DNA from: Ylistrum balloti
Lineage: Eukaryota
Assembly (NCBI RefSeq): GCF_031769215.1
Contig: NW_026781899.1
Location: 310,001 to 374,000 of the forward strand
DNA length: 64,000 bases
Direction of reading: 5' to 3'
In this document: positions 49,095-63,240 of the stretch, one piece after another
Position numbering within the stretch: the first letter of the stretch is position 1
How the letters are laid out: every line of letters begins with the position of its first letter
Notes under the pieces: model-generated
Told to the model about the DNA's origin: nothing
Databases searched by the model: none
What the model saw: the letters and a program-made list of their open reading frames with translations, nothing else
Made by a program: the position numbers and the translations under genes

Positions 49095-50327
49095 GATCTG
49101 GAAAATTCATAAGAAATTTTTTATACATAGATGATGTTGTTTCTTATTTGGACAGCGATGCAAAAACTAATAAGGGGATTTAACATCCAAATTTTAGTTA
49201 ATTTGAAATATATGAAACAAATATGAGAGGTGAAAAAGAAATGACCAGTTACATGAATATCATAATGAATTGAAATGAATGTGAAATTCTGTGTATAACT
49301 TACATACTCTTATTGAACTGACACAAAATCTTAACTGGTGATTTTCATTCCTAGATTTCTTTCCTTAGTGACATCACAATGCTAATGATTTGAAGAGATC
49401 ATGGCGTCACATCTAAAACCTTACATCAGTCACAGGTCGGCTAGTAATATACTGTAAAATCACACATTTTCCTGTAGCTCAAATTTTGTGGTTTTACAAA
49501 ACTGTGCAATCTGGTTGACAATTGGTTTTGTGATGATATCTGGATCACTAAATCCACTAATAATATAGTCCACGTCTTTTTTCTATTTATAGTTTAGTGG
49601 ACCAAAATAAAACCAACTAAAAGCTTTTACACTAGTCTGTTTTGCATGTTTAAATGCTTTTACTGAGTGCAACACCTTGATATTTACTACACTTATGTAT
49701 ACAAGTTAAGATAGCTTAATACAGGTCACTTATTTCTAACACCTCAACCTAATGCAATGTAATATGTAGACACAGTATAGAATTGAAAAATTATAGGCTG
49801 GCCTTTCGTCAGGATGAGGTCACCTCGGCCTGCATGTTAAGATCTCATACAATTGTCTATCCAGACAAATAAGAATCATTAATATAAAAGATTAGGTATA
49901 GTTCTGTAATTGTTGTGAAATAGAGGCAAAGTCCGAGAAGGTTTACACACAGATACAGATATATCCTAAACAGGAGATTATACTGATATGAAATAACTCT
50001 TCAGGGTGGTCAAGTGTGACTTTTGACCTTAAATATCATAATCTGGTCAATTAATGAGCATTTCAAACTATTCAAAGGTGACTACAAAAACACATTCACG
50101 TGCATACTGTATTTACTGTGGGACAGCTCAGGGGCCAAAATCATACACCCTGGCTTGAATCAGGGCAGTGGGTTTAAACACAAAAGTTGTGAAGCTTTTT
50201 TTTTGTCTAATTTCTACAGAAAAATCAGGTGTGTTTGTTGCTAGGTAGCTATGTGGTCACATAATTATCCAGCAATAATCAATTTTGCTACAGATGGATA
50301 CATGTATGCACACATTCAGACACTGAA

Positions 50328-52245
50328 TGTTTAATACCACTGACCTAACCTCTGTGATTTCAATACCACTGACCTAACCTCTGTGAGTTTAATACCACTG
50401 ACCTAACCTCTGTAAGTTTAATACAACTGACTTAACTTCTGTGAGTTTAATACCACTGACCTAACCACTGTAAGTTTAATACCACTGACCTAACCTCTGT
50501 AGTTTAATACCACTGACCTAACCTCTGTGAGTTTAATACCACTGACCTAACCACTGTGAGTTTAATACCACTGACCTAACCACTGTAAGTTTAATACCAC
50601 TAACCTAACCTCTGTAAGTTTAATACCACTGACCTAACCTCTGTGATTTCAATACCACTGACCTAACCTCTGTAAGTTTAATACCACTGACCTAACCACT
50701 GTAAGTTTAATACCACTGACCTAACCACTGTAAGTTTAATACCACTAACCTAACCTCTGTAAGTTTAATACCACTGACCTAACCTCTGTAAGTTTAATAC
50801 CACTGACCTAACCTCTGTAAGTTTAATACCACTGACCTAACCTCTGTAAGTTTAATACCACTGACCTAACCTCTGTAAGTTTAATACCACTGACCTTTAA
50901 TACCACTGACCTAACCTCTGTGAGTTTGATACCACTGACCTAACCTCTGTAAGTTTAATACCACTGACCTAACCACTGTAAGTTTAATACCACTGACCTA
51001 ACCTCTGTAAGTTTAATACCACTGACCTAACCTCTGTAAGTTTGATACCACTGACCTAACCACTGTAAGTTTGATACCACTGACCTAACCTCTGTGAGTT
51101 TAATACCACTGACCTAACCTCTGTGATTTCAATACCACTGACCTAACCACTGTAAGTTTAATACCACTGACCTAACCACTGTAAGTTTAATACCACTGAC
51201 CTAACCTCTGTAAGTTTGATACCACTGACCTAACCACTGTGAGTTTAATACCACTGACCTAACCTCTGTGATTTCAATACCACTGACCTAACCTCTGTGA
51301 GTTTGATACCACTGACCTAACCTCTGTAAGTTTAATACCACTGACCTAACCTCTGTGAGTTTAATACCACTGACCTAACCTCTGTAAGTTTAATACCACT
51401 GACCTAACCACTGTGAGTTTAATACCACTGACCTAACCTCTGTAAGTTTAATACCACTGACCTAACCTCTGTAAGTTTAATACCACTGACCTAACCTCTG
51501 TAAGTTTAATACCACTGACCTAACCTCTGTAAGTTTAATACCACTGACCTAACCTCTGTAAGTTTAATACCACTGACCTAACCTCTGTGATTTCAATACC
51601 ACTGACCTAACCACTGTAAGTTTAATACCACTGACCTAACCTCTGTAAGTTTAATACCACTGACCTAACCTCTGTAAGTTTGATACCACTGACCTAACCT
51701 CTGTGATTTCAATACCACTGACCTAACCACTGTAAGTTTAATACCACTGACCAAACCACTGTAAGTTTAATACCACTGACCTAACCACTGTAAGTTTAAT
51801 ACCACTGACCTAACCTCTGTAAGTTTAATACCACTGACCTAACCTCTGTAAGTTTAATACCACTGACCTAACCTCTGTAAGTTTAATACCACTGACCCAA
51901 CCTCTGTAAGTTTAATACCACTGACCTAACCTCTGTAAGTTTAATACCACTGACCTAACCTCTGTGAGTTTAATACCACTGACCTAACCTCTGTAAGTTT
52001 AATACCACTGACCTAACCTCTGTGAGTTTAATACCACTGACCTAACCACTGTAAGTTTAATACCACTGACCTAACCACTGTAAGTTTGATACCACTAACC
52101 TAACCTCTGTAAGTTTAATACCACTGACCTAACCTCTGTAAGTTTAATACCACTGACCTAACCTCTGTGAGTTTAATACCACTGACCTAACCTCTGTAAG
52201 TTTAATACAATTGACTTAACCTCTGTGAGTTTGACACCACTGACT
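50328..52245. repeat. 29-bp minisatellite, about 65 copies
   Basis: TTTAATACCACTGACCTAACCTCTGTAAG. Confidence 0.97.
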
Positions 52246-52333
52246 CGGACAAGTATCTCGCTTTTTTTTGTTTTTTGTTTTGTTTTTGTTTGTTTGTTTG
52301 TTTGAATATCAAACTAGCTATCATACACTTTAC

Positions 52334-52393
52334 CTGAATTCTGTTGACTTCTTGAAGACTTTTGTCAATTTCACCAACTTCCTATGGTACAAT
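52334..52393 (-). other. Candidate 5'UTR exon of the zinc-finger gene
   Basis: Bounded by TTTGCAG and CAG|GTAA; contains no ATG. Confidence 0.4.
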
Positions 52394-52997
52394 CTGCAAA
52401 TATATGACAAAAGTCAAAATGATACTACATGTACTATTAGCAATTAACTTGATTAAGTAAAATATCTCAAACTTCTTGCTATGTTAAAACACAAGAGGCC
52501 CATGGTCCTTAATGGTCACCTGAGTTCTAGAAATGCTAGAAATTATCTTGTTAACAAAGGACGATGTAAAAGCTGTGTAATGATATTAAATGATATCCCA
52601 TCTGAAAGGGACCTCACGGTAAAAACATTGACTTTGTTATTGATTGTATGTATACATTTCCACGTTTGATATTGTTATGTTTATTTTAGCCCGATCTTCA
52701 GTCCATATCAAATGTCCAGCTTCACCACTTCTATGGTTTGGAAATCCCGTCACATTAGGAAATAGTTTGAAAATGAGCACGTTAATTTTGTACACACGAA
52801 TATATGATGTTGAGTACAAATGACAGCGACAGTGGTGACAGAGTAAGCAAAATCGTGATCATATATGACGAAAAAAATTTACATATCCAGACTGTTGATC
52901 AACAGATAAGCCTTTCCTTTTCATAACCTCTTTATCAGCGAAAAACCAACTGTCATTGTTCAGAAGGTGATACACTTGATAAATATATACAATTATA

Positions 52998-53574
52998 AAA
53001 ACAAATCTGTTAAAAAAAATAGTTTTACAAAATCTGTTAAAAAAAATAGTTTTACAAAATCTGTTAAAAAAAAAAAAAATAGTTTTACAAAATCTGTTAA
53101 AAAAAATAGTTTTACAAAATCTGTTAAAAAAAATAGTTTTACAAAATCTGTTAAAAAAAATAGTTTTACAAAATCTGTTAAAAAAAATAGTTTTACAAAA
53201 TCTGTTAAAAAAAATAGTTTTACAAAATCTGTTAAAAAAAATAGTTTTACAAAATCTGTTAAAAAAAATAGTTTTACAAAATCTGTTAAAAAAAATAGTT
53301 TTACAAAATCTGTTAAAAAAAAGTTTTACAAAATCTGTTAAAAAAAATAGTTTTACAAAATCTGTTAAAAAAAATAGTTTTACAAAATCTGTTAAAAAAA
53401 ATAGTTTTACAAAATCTGTTAAAAAAAATAGTTTTACAAAATCTGTTAAAAAAAATAGTTTTACAAAATCTGTTAAAAAAAATAGTTTTACAAAATCTGT
53501 TAAAAAAAATAGTTTTACAAAATCTGTTAAAAAAAAATAGTTTTACAAAATCTGTTAAAAAAATAGTTTTACAA
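52998..53574. repeat. 27-bp minisatellite, about 21 copies
   Basis: AAATCTGTTAAAAAAAATAGTTTTACA. Confidence 0.97.
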
Positions 53575-54630
53575 TGATGTCACTTTAAGGATTCTAAGCG
53601 AGACTGAATTTGATACAAAATGTATTTATCCTATAAACTTAAGATACTGCAGTCTCTCCCCAGAGGCCAAATGTGAGCATTTTTTGTCTATCATATGTGA
53701 CCCTTGAGAAAAGGATTTGTGAAATTTGAGGCAACTTGACCCCATTATTCCCCCGCCCCTCAAGCCCCTCGCGATTGAGAACCACATACATCACAGTTTG
53801 GGTTAACCTTTGACCTCAGGTTTCATTACAATTGGTGCAGGAGTTGAAAATGTTACAACGATGCACAACACATGTTGTACAATGCTGGACATATGGCAAT
53901 TGTAATGGGTCGCCATGAGAAATATTTCAGGCCATATAAAAATCTAGTTCATTACATGTTTATCTGCATTTTATCTTTTATAAACTGTATGGAACAAGCT
54001 CTAGGTGTTAACAAATATCTTCTAACTCATGGTCAGGGGGCGGGCTTATTACAAGACAATGAAATGTTTAGGTGATTACTAGGCATGGGGTTACTGCTAT
54101 GGTAAGACCAACATCTTATCTAACACAACATTTTATCATCTTTTATAATGTCCTTACATAATTGCACTTTATACAAGTTATGGAACCTTAATGCCACACA
54201 ATACTGTCTCATCCTTTACAAATATCATTTTTGTGCATACATTTGGACATTCCTGCATTTGGTTTAATATGGAAACAGTGCAAAGGAAAATGTGAAATTT
54301 TAAGCCAAACGCTAAATGAAACGCTAGTCTTTGTTTCTGTGAGTGATAATCTTCAGTAACTTGAATACATAGAAAAGTATCATTCTGATCTGTACCATAG
54401 TGAAATCACAGCTAAAATTAACTTTCCTGTTGCCTAGCTGCTAAATATAGATGTTAAACAATAGCTAATAATAAATAATAAATTTTATTTATTTTACAAC
54501 AAGAAATGTATCTGTATCTGCACAGTACATGGTTCAAACTTTTTTAGGAGCTGTTTAAAGACTATTTTTGCTACTGAAATATGACAAATGCCATTTCTTA
54601 ATGACAACCCTGAAGAAAGTTATCAACCAA

Positions 54631-54728
54631 TTTTGGATGGTGGAGGAAAGCTGGGAGTTCCCAGCAAACCTGCAGTCAGTACCTGACAACTGCCCCACAT
54701 TAGCCTTGAACCTGCGACCCAGGGGTTG
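54631..54728 (-). mobile_element. SINE fragment, same family as the 18.3-kb copy
   Basis: Reverse complement aligns (TGTGGGGCAGT..AGGTACTG..CTGGGAACTCC..CCATC). Confidence 0.6.
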
Positions 54729-57700
54729 AATTATTGAAAAAAAGTTCTAAATAAACGAACTCATGGACACTCCTTTCTTTAATGCTATTAAACTACAGAG
54801 AAGTATAATTTTGTTTACAACTTTGTATATTGATGAAAATTAAAACATAACAAAAGGAAAAAATAATGATCATTTGATAATTACATTAAATTGTAAGACA
54901 TGACCTTAGATATATATCATAAAATCTATAATTAATTCATTTCAAAGAATTAATATATATATTTTTTTTCTTTAAAGATCAAATTAGAGAATTAAAAGAA
55001 AATTCAATATCATTTTAAGTTAATATATTGTGTATTTCAGTGGGGGCGTATCTATCATTAATATGTGTATTCCTTAATGGTAAAAATTTCAAACAGTTAA
55101 TCATGAGTTACAATGTAATACATGATAAGACTTAGAAACAAACCACTGCATTCCTTTTTCACATCAACAAACCCACAATGTTATACAAAGTAATACAGCA
55201 AATGTGCATTACCTCATTTGATATGTTAAATTATAACTGTGTATGAAGATTGAAATTAGCAAATGCAATTTTCATATAAGTTTAATGTGTATGATAAATT
55301 TCCTGGCATATGTAGCTTAAAAGGAAAGTTACAGACGCACATAAGACAAAGAACAGTTTTAAAATCGATAGATCCTTTAAACGATACACACAGAGCAGGC
55401 TACTGCAAGCATCATCTGCATTCTAATTAATATGCGAGAGAGTGCATCCAATGTATATGAAATATAAGCCGGATAAAGCGGTCTTATTCACTTTAACACG
55501 TCGTGTATGACTGCGTTGCAGTCGGTCGACTATCATTCAGATCTAGTTGTTGATTTTTTTAAATGACGAAACATGTATTCTGTCGGTCTTCTGGTTAAAC
55601 TGCATTAAGTATAAGATCGCTGTCTGTTCTATTTTTAGCTCACACTGCAGTAGCAACATTAGATTTCATTCACATAAATATATTTTGAATACCAAGAACT
55701 ACTTACCTAAAAGGAGACTATCATTTAGATACACATCTTGTAAATATTGGAACAACAGTTGATTTTAGAGACCGGTACTTCCATAAAACATGACAAACAC
55801 AGACAGCGGCAGTGATAATGCGAGTCCTTGCCGTCTGCCTCGTTTCCACCGTTCAATCCTGTATTTTTACGCATAAATTATGATGACAACCTATGTTTGT
55901 GCATATGAAACATGTATAGTATGCGATTCCTTGTGCTTTTATGGATGGTTGACTTTTCTTACCATGCTTATGAACAGAAAACACTACTGAGGTCCAGGTT
56001 GAGAACGGACGATGCACTGGCCAGCCGCCGAGTCCGCTGGTCATACTGTCGTTGACGGCATGCTCAGCGGTCGAAGGGAGGTAACTCGCAATAAGCTCAT
56101 ATTTGCTTCTAGGTTTTTTTGTTTTTTTTTTCCACTGTTATGTAAATTTTCAGATTTTAATATATCACAATATTTACATTACCATATACAAAGATAAAAC
56201 AAGGAACATAGATATAAAATAACGTTTCTGTCGTTGTGTTTGGTTCTTCACAGGAAAAAATGTTTTGTATAAAACTTTGACGTAGTTTTAACGACAGACG
56301 TCCAAACATTAGAATATCAGTATGTAAACCTTATCGTCATGAAAACTTTATCGGCGTCTTTCAAAAACGTAATAATTAGAGACAGATTTACTTAACGAAA
56401 TAATGTATACACGTTGTGTATCATTTTGAGAATTCTTGATGGCAAGAATTTAAATACAGTAAAACAATGCACATAAGGTCATTTTGTGACACAAGTTTGA
56501 ATAATGACGACACTGGGCTGGCTTTGTTTCCTGATATTTCGTATCGATTTCATAAAATTCTTATGAGAAGAAAATTAACATTCCAGAGAAATTCACAAAA
56601 TATGTCTTGATACCTACTTACTGCTAAGCGACTCATCAAACGGTATTGAAGATTGCTCAGTATACAAATTAAAACGTGTTTATCAAAGACGAAGAATAGG
56701 AATTGAGTGAAATAACATTAGAGACTTTAATGGTATATATTTTTTATCAACTAAAGTCATACTATTGGGCCACTACTGACCCTATTATAGTGCTATCACA
56801 CTGAAATGCCATAAACTGGACAGATTCTGGGTGATGCTGGTCGATAGCATGCATAAAGCGATATATACCTTTGTAAGTAATAGCTTGTGGATAGGACCTA
56901 AAGCCTTTCTCATAGTGTACTCAACACAGAAACTAAAGTCAGGCAATATCAAGGCTCGAAAAGGAATTAAATAACGATGATAAAATAAGAAAAAAAAGTT
57001 TTTTCTGTAACCAGTAAAGAGATAAATGTGCCAATCGCTACCACGAGCTTCACTTGTCCGACATTTGTAGAAACAGAGACGAGAAAATCACATCTTTATT
57101 AAGTTAGAAATGCGATCCGTGTACAGGTTTTACTACTATTCTAAACAGGAGTCATTACAATGTCTCTCAGATTTACAGCTCAATATATAGCACATTGACA
57201 AAGAATACCTGTGTTCTAATCCATCTAGGGAAAATCAAAAGATGGCAAACGATGTACGATCGTAGGCATTGTCAAACTCGAAAATTTTGGACTGAATACT
57301 ATTTATTTATTTGTTTATTTGTTTATTTTTATTTTATTTATTTATTTATTTGTTTTTTTTTGTTTATTTACCTTTTTCCTTCAGTAGAAATTACCTTTCT
57401 TTTGATGATTTTTTTAGAAATTACATACAATTAACGTTTTTAAGAAAAAATACTTTTTTCCGCCGTCGCTCTGAGATGCACCATACAATGTACATCTCTG
57501 ATACAACAATCAGTAAACGAGAGTTCCACATTTCATATGCAAGGTTAAAACATCGATTTTTACAGGAGTTATTTCCCTTGGTGCATAGTTCACTCAGTAA
57601 TACGTGTTCAAAATCATATTTCTAATAAAATCAATGAGACTTTATCAAGACTAAAATATTGAAAATCAACGGAAAATTAATTAAACATTCAAATGTAAAA

Positions 57701-58414
57701 CTATTTTGTATATAGGACATTGACAGTAACGTATCATAAACCTCCTTTTTTGTTATAAAATGGCAGCGTTGCGGGTAGACACGTAAAGTTGGGTATCGAT
57801 GCTGTACACTATATAAGCCATAGTTTTTATTTTCTCGTGTAGATTGTCTGTTTGCTTGATTGTCTGTTTGTTGTTTGTGATTTTTTTTACCACTAGTAAG
57901 AACATATTGAACAAATAATACTTACGTTACTTCATTTTCTCTCTTTCCTTTTTTATGCGGTAAATCCAAAATTATTCCTAAGTTTTAACATATTTGATCA
58001 AGACACATTAGTATGTATATAGTATGTACATTAATAACAAGTAACAATACCAGTTCAACAAAAAAATATTTAGAAAATCTATTAACATTATGTGAATGAA
58101 AAACAGTGTCGGATTCCAAAGTTTTACACAATGGGGAAATAAAAAAAAAAATTTCATTTTCAAAATGCATCATTCAAATTGTGTTTCATGCATAACATTT
58201 GAATTAATTTAATAAATTGATCAATTAATTAATATACGGAAACATTTCTCTATATTGATTATAGCATTTTTAGAAAGAGTGAAATTTTTAATATCGATTA
58301 AAAAGTTTGTATAGATCGCCCATATGTAAATATATCGCTTTCTGAATGTACCAAATGCTCATATCTGTTATCATACCTTGTGCTGAGAAGTTAATTTACA
58401 AATGTGTGTATGGC

Positions 58415-58497
58415 AGTACGGTGGCCGAGTGGTTAAGGCGTTGGACTTAAGTTCCAATGGAGTTATCTCCGCGTGGGTTCGAACCCCACCCGTACTA
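58415..58497 (+). tRNA. tRNA-Leu(TAA)
   Basis: Acceptor stem AGTACGG/CCGTACT, A box TGGCCGAGTGG, anticodon arm TTGGA-CTTAAGT-TCCAA, long variable arm, GGTTCGAACCC. Confidence 0.95.
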
Positions 58498-58500
58498 GTG

Positions 58501-58506
58501 TTTTTT
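58501..58506 (+). terminator. Pol III T6 terminator
   Basis: TTTTTT 3 nt after the tRNA 3' end. Confidence 0.8.
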
Positions 58507-58664
58507 ACCAAAGAAAATTAAACAAAAACTTCTCTGTATGATATTAGCCCTCAAGCCGTATATATTCTTTTCATATGTAGAATAGAAATAGTTTTCACGT
58601 TAACAGTAGACTATAAAAATCTATGTGTCGGTCTCCGTTCATTTCTAGTATTATTTACCGACTA

Positions 58665-61590
58665 TGATCTGTGTGTTCGTCCCTGGTCTGACCTTGTAAC
58701 ATGGATTATGATTTGTATGGCCATCCTTGGACAGGCCAAGTGACGCGGACTAGAATTTTTGTGACCGTTCCTGGTATGACCCAGTAACACGGACTGTTCT
58801 GTGTGATCGCCACTGGTCTGATCCAGTAACGCGGACTGATATGTGTGACCATCACTGGTCTGACCTAGTAACACAGTCTGATCTGTGTGACCGTCACTGA
58901 TCTGACCCAGTAACACAGACTGATCTGTGTGACCGTCACTGGTCTGACCTAGTAGCACGGACTGATCTGTGTGACCGTCACTGATCTGACCCAGTAACAC
59001 AGACTGATATGTGTGACCATCACTGGTCTGACCTAGTAACACAGTCTGATCTGTGTGGCCGTCCCTGCTCTGGCCCAGTAACACAGACTGATCTGTGTGA
59101 CCGTCACTGGTCTGATCCAGTAACACAGACTGATCTGTGTGACCGTCACTGGTCTGACCCAGTAACACAGACTGATCTGTGTGACCGTCACTGGTCTGAC
59201 CCAGTAACACAGACTGATCTGTGTGACCGTCACTGGTCTTACCCAGTAACACGGACTGATCTGTGTGGCCGTCCCTAGTCTGTGTGACCATCACTGGTCT
59301 GACCCAGTAACACAAACTGATCTGTGTGACCTTCACTGGTCTGATCCAGTAACACGGACTGATCTGTGTGGCCGTCCCTAGTCTGTGTGACCATCACTGG
59401 TCTGACCCAGTAACACAAACTGATCTGTGTGACCATCACTTGTCTGATCCAGTAACGCGGACTGATCTGTGTGACCATCACTGGTCTGACCTAGTAACAC
59501 AGTCTGATCTGTGTGACCGTCACTGGTCTGACCCAGTAACACAGACTGATCTGTGTGACCGTCACTGGTCTGACCTAGTAGCACGGACTGATCTGTGTGA
59601 CCGTCACTGGTCTGACCCAGTAACACAGACTGATCTGTGTGGCCGTCCCTGCTCTGGCCCAGTAACACAGACTGATCTGTGTGACCGTCACTGGTCTGAT
59701 CCAGTAACACAGACTGATCTGTGTGACCGTCACTGGTCTGACCCAGTAACACAGACTGATCTGTGTGACCGTCACTGGTCTGACCCAGTAACACGGACTG
59801 ATATGTGTGGCCGTCCCTAGTCTGTGTGACCATCACTGGTCTGACCCAGTAACGCGGACTGATCTGTGTGACCATCACTGGTCTGACCTAGTAACACAGT
59901 CTGATCTGTGTGACCGTCACTGGTCTGACCCAGTAACACAGACTGATCTGTGTGACCGTCACTGGTCTGACCTAGTAGCACGGACTGATCTGTGTGACCG
60001 TCACTGGTCTGACCCAGTAACACAGACTGATATGTGTGACCATCACTGGTCTGTGTGACCATCACTGGTCTGACCTAGTAACACGGACTGATCTGTGTGG
60101 CCGTCCCTGCTCTGGCCTAGTAACACAGACTGATCTGTGTGGCCGTCACTGGTCTGACCTAGTAACACGGACTGATCTGTGTGGCCGTCCCTGCTCTGGC
60201 CCAGTAACACAGTCTGATCTGTGTGGCCGTCACTGGTCAGATCCAGTAACACAGACTGATCTGTGTGACCGTCACTGGTCTGACCCAGTAACACAGACTG
60301 ATCTGTGTGACCGTCACTGGTCTGACCCAGTAACACGGACTGATCTGTGTGGCCGTCACTGGTCTGATCCAGTAACACAGACTGATCTGTGTGACCGTCA
60401 CTGGTCTGATCCAGTAACACAGACTGATCTGTGTGACCGTCACTGGTCTGATCCAGTAACACAGACTGATCTGTGTGACCGTCACTGGTCTGATCCAGTA
60501 ACACAGACTGATCTGTGTGACCGTCACTGGTCTGATCCAGTAACACAGACTGATCTGTGTGACCGTCACTGGTCTGACCCAGTAACACAGACTGATCTGT
60601 GTGACCGTCACTGGTCTGACCCAGTAACACGGACTGATCTGTGTGGCCGTCCCTAGTCTGTGTGACCATCACTGGTCTGACCCAGTAACACAAACTGATC
60701 TGTGTGACCAACACTTGTCTGACCCAGTAACTTGGACTTAGCTAGTCCCGTTTTCAGAATCAAAGACGTTGAAAAAATTGAGGGAGTGCAGAGGAGGGCG
60801 ACAAAACAGCTTCCAGGACTAAAAAACTTAACTGATGAAGATAGACTTAAGGATCTAGGATTGCCAACACTCGCATTTCGCAGCTTAAAAGGAGACATGA
60901 TTGAGGCATACAAGATAATGAGTGTTACATACGAAAAGTATACAACAGCATTCTTACACCATGGAATGGTGTTACAAAAAGAAGTAGTTCAAGGACAAAC
61001 TCGAACAAAATCTATCCGCAAAGAGCCAAAACTAGTCTTTGACATTTTTTTTTCTCCCATAGAGTATGGAAAGTTTGGAACAAACGAAAACGTATTCAAA
61101 TCCGTCTGGATAGATTATGGAAACAGCAGGAAATGTACTACAACTGTGTGGCCGTCCCTAGTCTGTGTGACCATCACTGATCTGATCCAGTAACACGGAC
61201 TGATCTGTGTGGCCGTCCCTAGTTTGTGTGACCATCACTGGTCTGACCCAGTAACACGGACTGATCTGTGTGACCGTCACTGGTCTGACCTAGTAACACG
61301 GACTGATCTGTGTGAACGTCACTGGTCTGTGTGACCATCACTGATCTGATCCAGTAACACGGACTGATCTGTGTGGCCGTCCCTAGTCTGTGTGACCATC
61401 ACTGGTCTGACCCAGTAACACAGACTGATCTGTGTGACCGTCACTGGTCTGACCTAGTAACAGGGACTGATCTGTGTGGCCGTCCCTGGTCTGTGTGACC
61501 ATCACTGGTCTGACCCAGTAACACGGACTGATCTGTGTGGCCGTCCCTGGTCTGTGTAACCGTCACTGGTCTGACCCAGTAACACCGTCT
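58665..61590. repeat. 42-bp satellite interrupted by a LINE fragment
   Basis: CTGATCTGTGTGACCGTCACTGGTCTGACCCAGTAACACAGA and variants. Confidence 0.97.
60732..61143 (+). mobile_element. 5'-truncated CR1/L2-clade LINE fragment (C-terminal end of ORF2)
   Basis: ASPV..KDVEKIEGVQRRATKQLPGLKNLTDEDRLKDLGLPTLAFRSLKGDMIEAYKIM. Confidence 0.88.
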
Positions 61591-62694
61591 ACTCCAGTAA
61601 CATTGACTCTGTTACCCGCCTCCACCCCTTTTCTCCGTACTAGGACTATAATATGAAAGATGTACCGCGGTGCTCTCTGCCACTAATTTAATATCGCAAT
61701 TTGATGACGTAGCTCTTATTTATGCCCATAAATCACTCTTGACTTGACAAGCACGCTAGATTACACATGCGTCTGCCCGTAAAACTGACTATTATCGTCA
61801 TCGCGTTTGCTAGCATATACATAGAGATATACGTAAAATTAAAGACCGTTCTTATTCCCTGCACTATCCCGTAGAGATACGTTTATATGTAGCCCAGTTT
61901 TTGACCCGTGCGTACGTAGTGGAAACTGGAGATTGCGTATACAAATATTGACTGGTTCCGACGGCCTTGTCCGAAACCTTTTTCCAAACGACCTGATAAA
62001 GCCAGGAAGCCATTGATATGTGTTAGGTAGATTTGCACCGTGTCCAAGTCCGGACGATATGTAACCCAGCGCATATAGATAAATCATCACTAGAGGTAAG
62101 ATATATATACACATATATCTACTTTCTATTGTGTGGACGTCGAGCAGTGTTTTCTTGTATCTTCAGGTTTTTGTAATAGTTTAATTATCAATACGGAATT
62201 ATATCACCGTTTAAACACAGGTAGGTAGTACTTCAAAACCATTAATTGACTTCTATAATCTATTACGTAAAATTTAGTAACATTTTTTTTCTCTTTGCAA
62301 ACACAGGTGTGTCTGCTTATATTTCCGCAAAAAAACCACCCTTTATATCACATTTCCTAAATATGAAATTAAGATCATGTGAAAAACACGATAACAAAAC
62401 ATTTTCTAGCATGACTAAACCAATTTTTAAACCATTTAAAATTTCCAAATAATAGTAAACAAAGTCAGTAAAGCGGATAGAAGCGCTGTAGTGCACGCTC
62501 CGGTAGAGACAATTAAAATGGGTTTATCAACTAGGTTATGCAAATTAGATGTCCCCTTTCTTGACACCAGAGGGAAGTACAACTGTAACCGACAATAGAA
62601 CAAGGTATATTGATAAGGCTACCGACCTCGAAATGAGATTACACACTACTACGCTGGAATGTCAAATATTGGGAGCACTTAAAAATACGCTTAC

Positions 62695-63240
62695 CAAGTG
62701 ATGGAGGTGAGAGGTGGTGATCCCTTGTGAATGAGGTAAGGGGTGACGGTCCACGGTAATTAAGGTAAGGGGGAATTTGGTTAATGTTGAAAAACAATTC
62801 CAAGTGATGGAGGTAGGGGTGAAGGTCACTTGCGACAATTCCAGGTGATGTTTAAGGTTAGAGGTGACGGTCATTTGTGATGAAGGTGAGAGGTGACGGT
62901 CCCTAATGATTGAGGTAAGGGATGACGGTCCTTGGTTATTGAGGTAATTTCCATAAGATGAAGGTGAGAGGAGATGATGATTTTTTAGTTATGGAGGTGA
63001 GAGATGACGGTCCCTAGTTATAAGATGAAAAGTGACGGTTCCTGGTGATGGAGGTGAAAGGTGAAGGTTCTCTAGTTATGGAGTCCCTCGTGGAGGTGAG
63101 AGGTGGCAGTTTCTAATGATGGAAGTGGGAATTGAGGGTCCCTGTTTACGGAGGTGAGAGGTGGCGTTCTGTAGTGGTGGAGGTGAGAGTTAGTCCTTGG
63201 TGTTTAAGGTTAGAGGTGGCGGTCTCTCGTTCCAGAGGTG
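62695..63240. repeat. Degenerate GA-rich tandem repeat
   Basis: Recurrent GATGGAGGTGAGAGGTGACGGTCC. Confidence 0.75.

Noticed and set aside
49795-49835. CTGACGA on minus, a possible second hammerhead
   Set aside because: No stem II/GAAA in the correct order downstream.
52967-53341. KSVKKNSFT repeat ORF
   Set aside because: Translation of a 27-bp minisatellite.
58662-60714. Long repetitive ORFs (DGHTDQSVLLGQTS / DLCDRHWSDPVTQT)
   Set aside because: Open frames on both strands follow from a stop-free 42-bp unit; there are no splice signals or unique flanking coding sequence.
61818-61890. TAGAGATATACGT resembling the footprint ends
   Set aside because: Only one arm is present and there is no 7-bp duplication.
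62536-62546. Octamer ATGCAAAT as a possible snRNA enhancer
   Set aside because: No snRNA-like sequence or PSE was recognised nearby.
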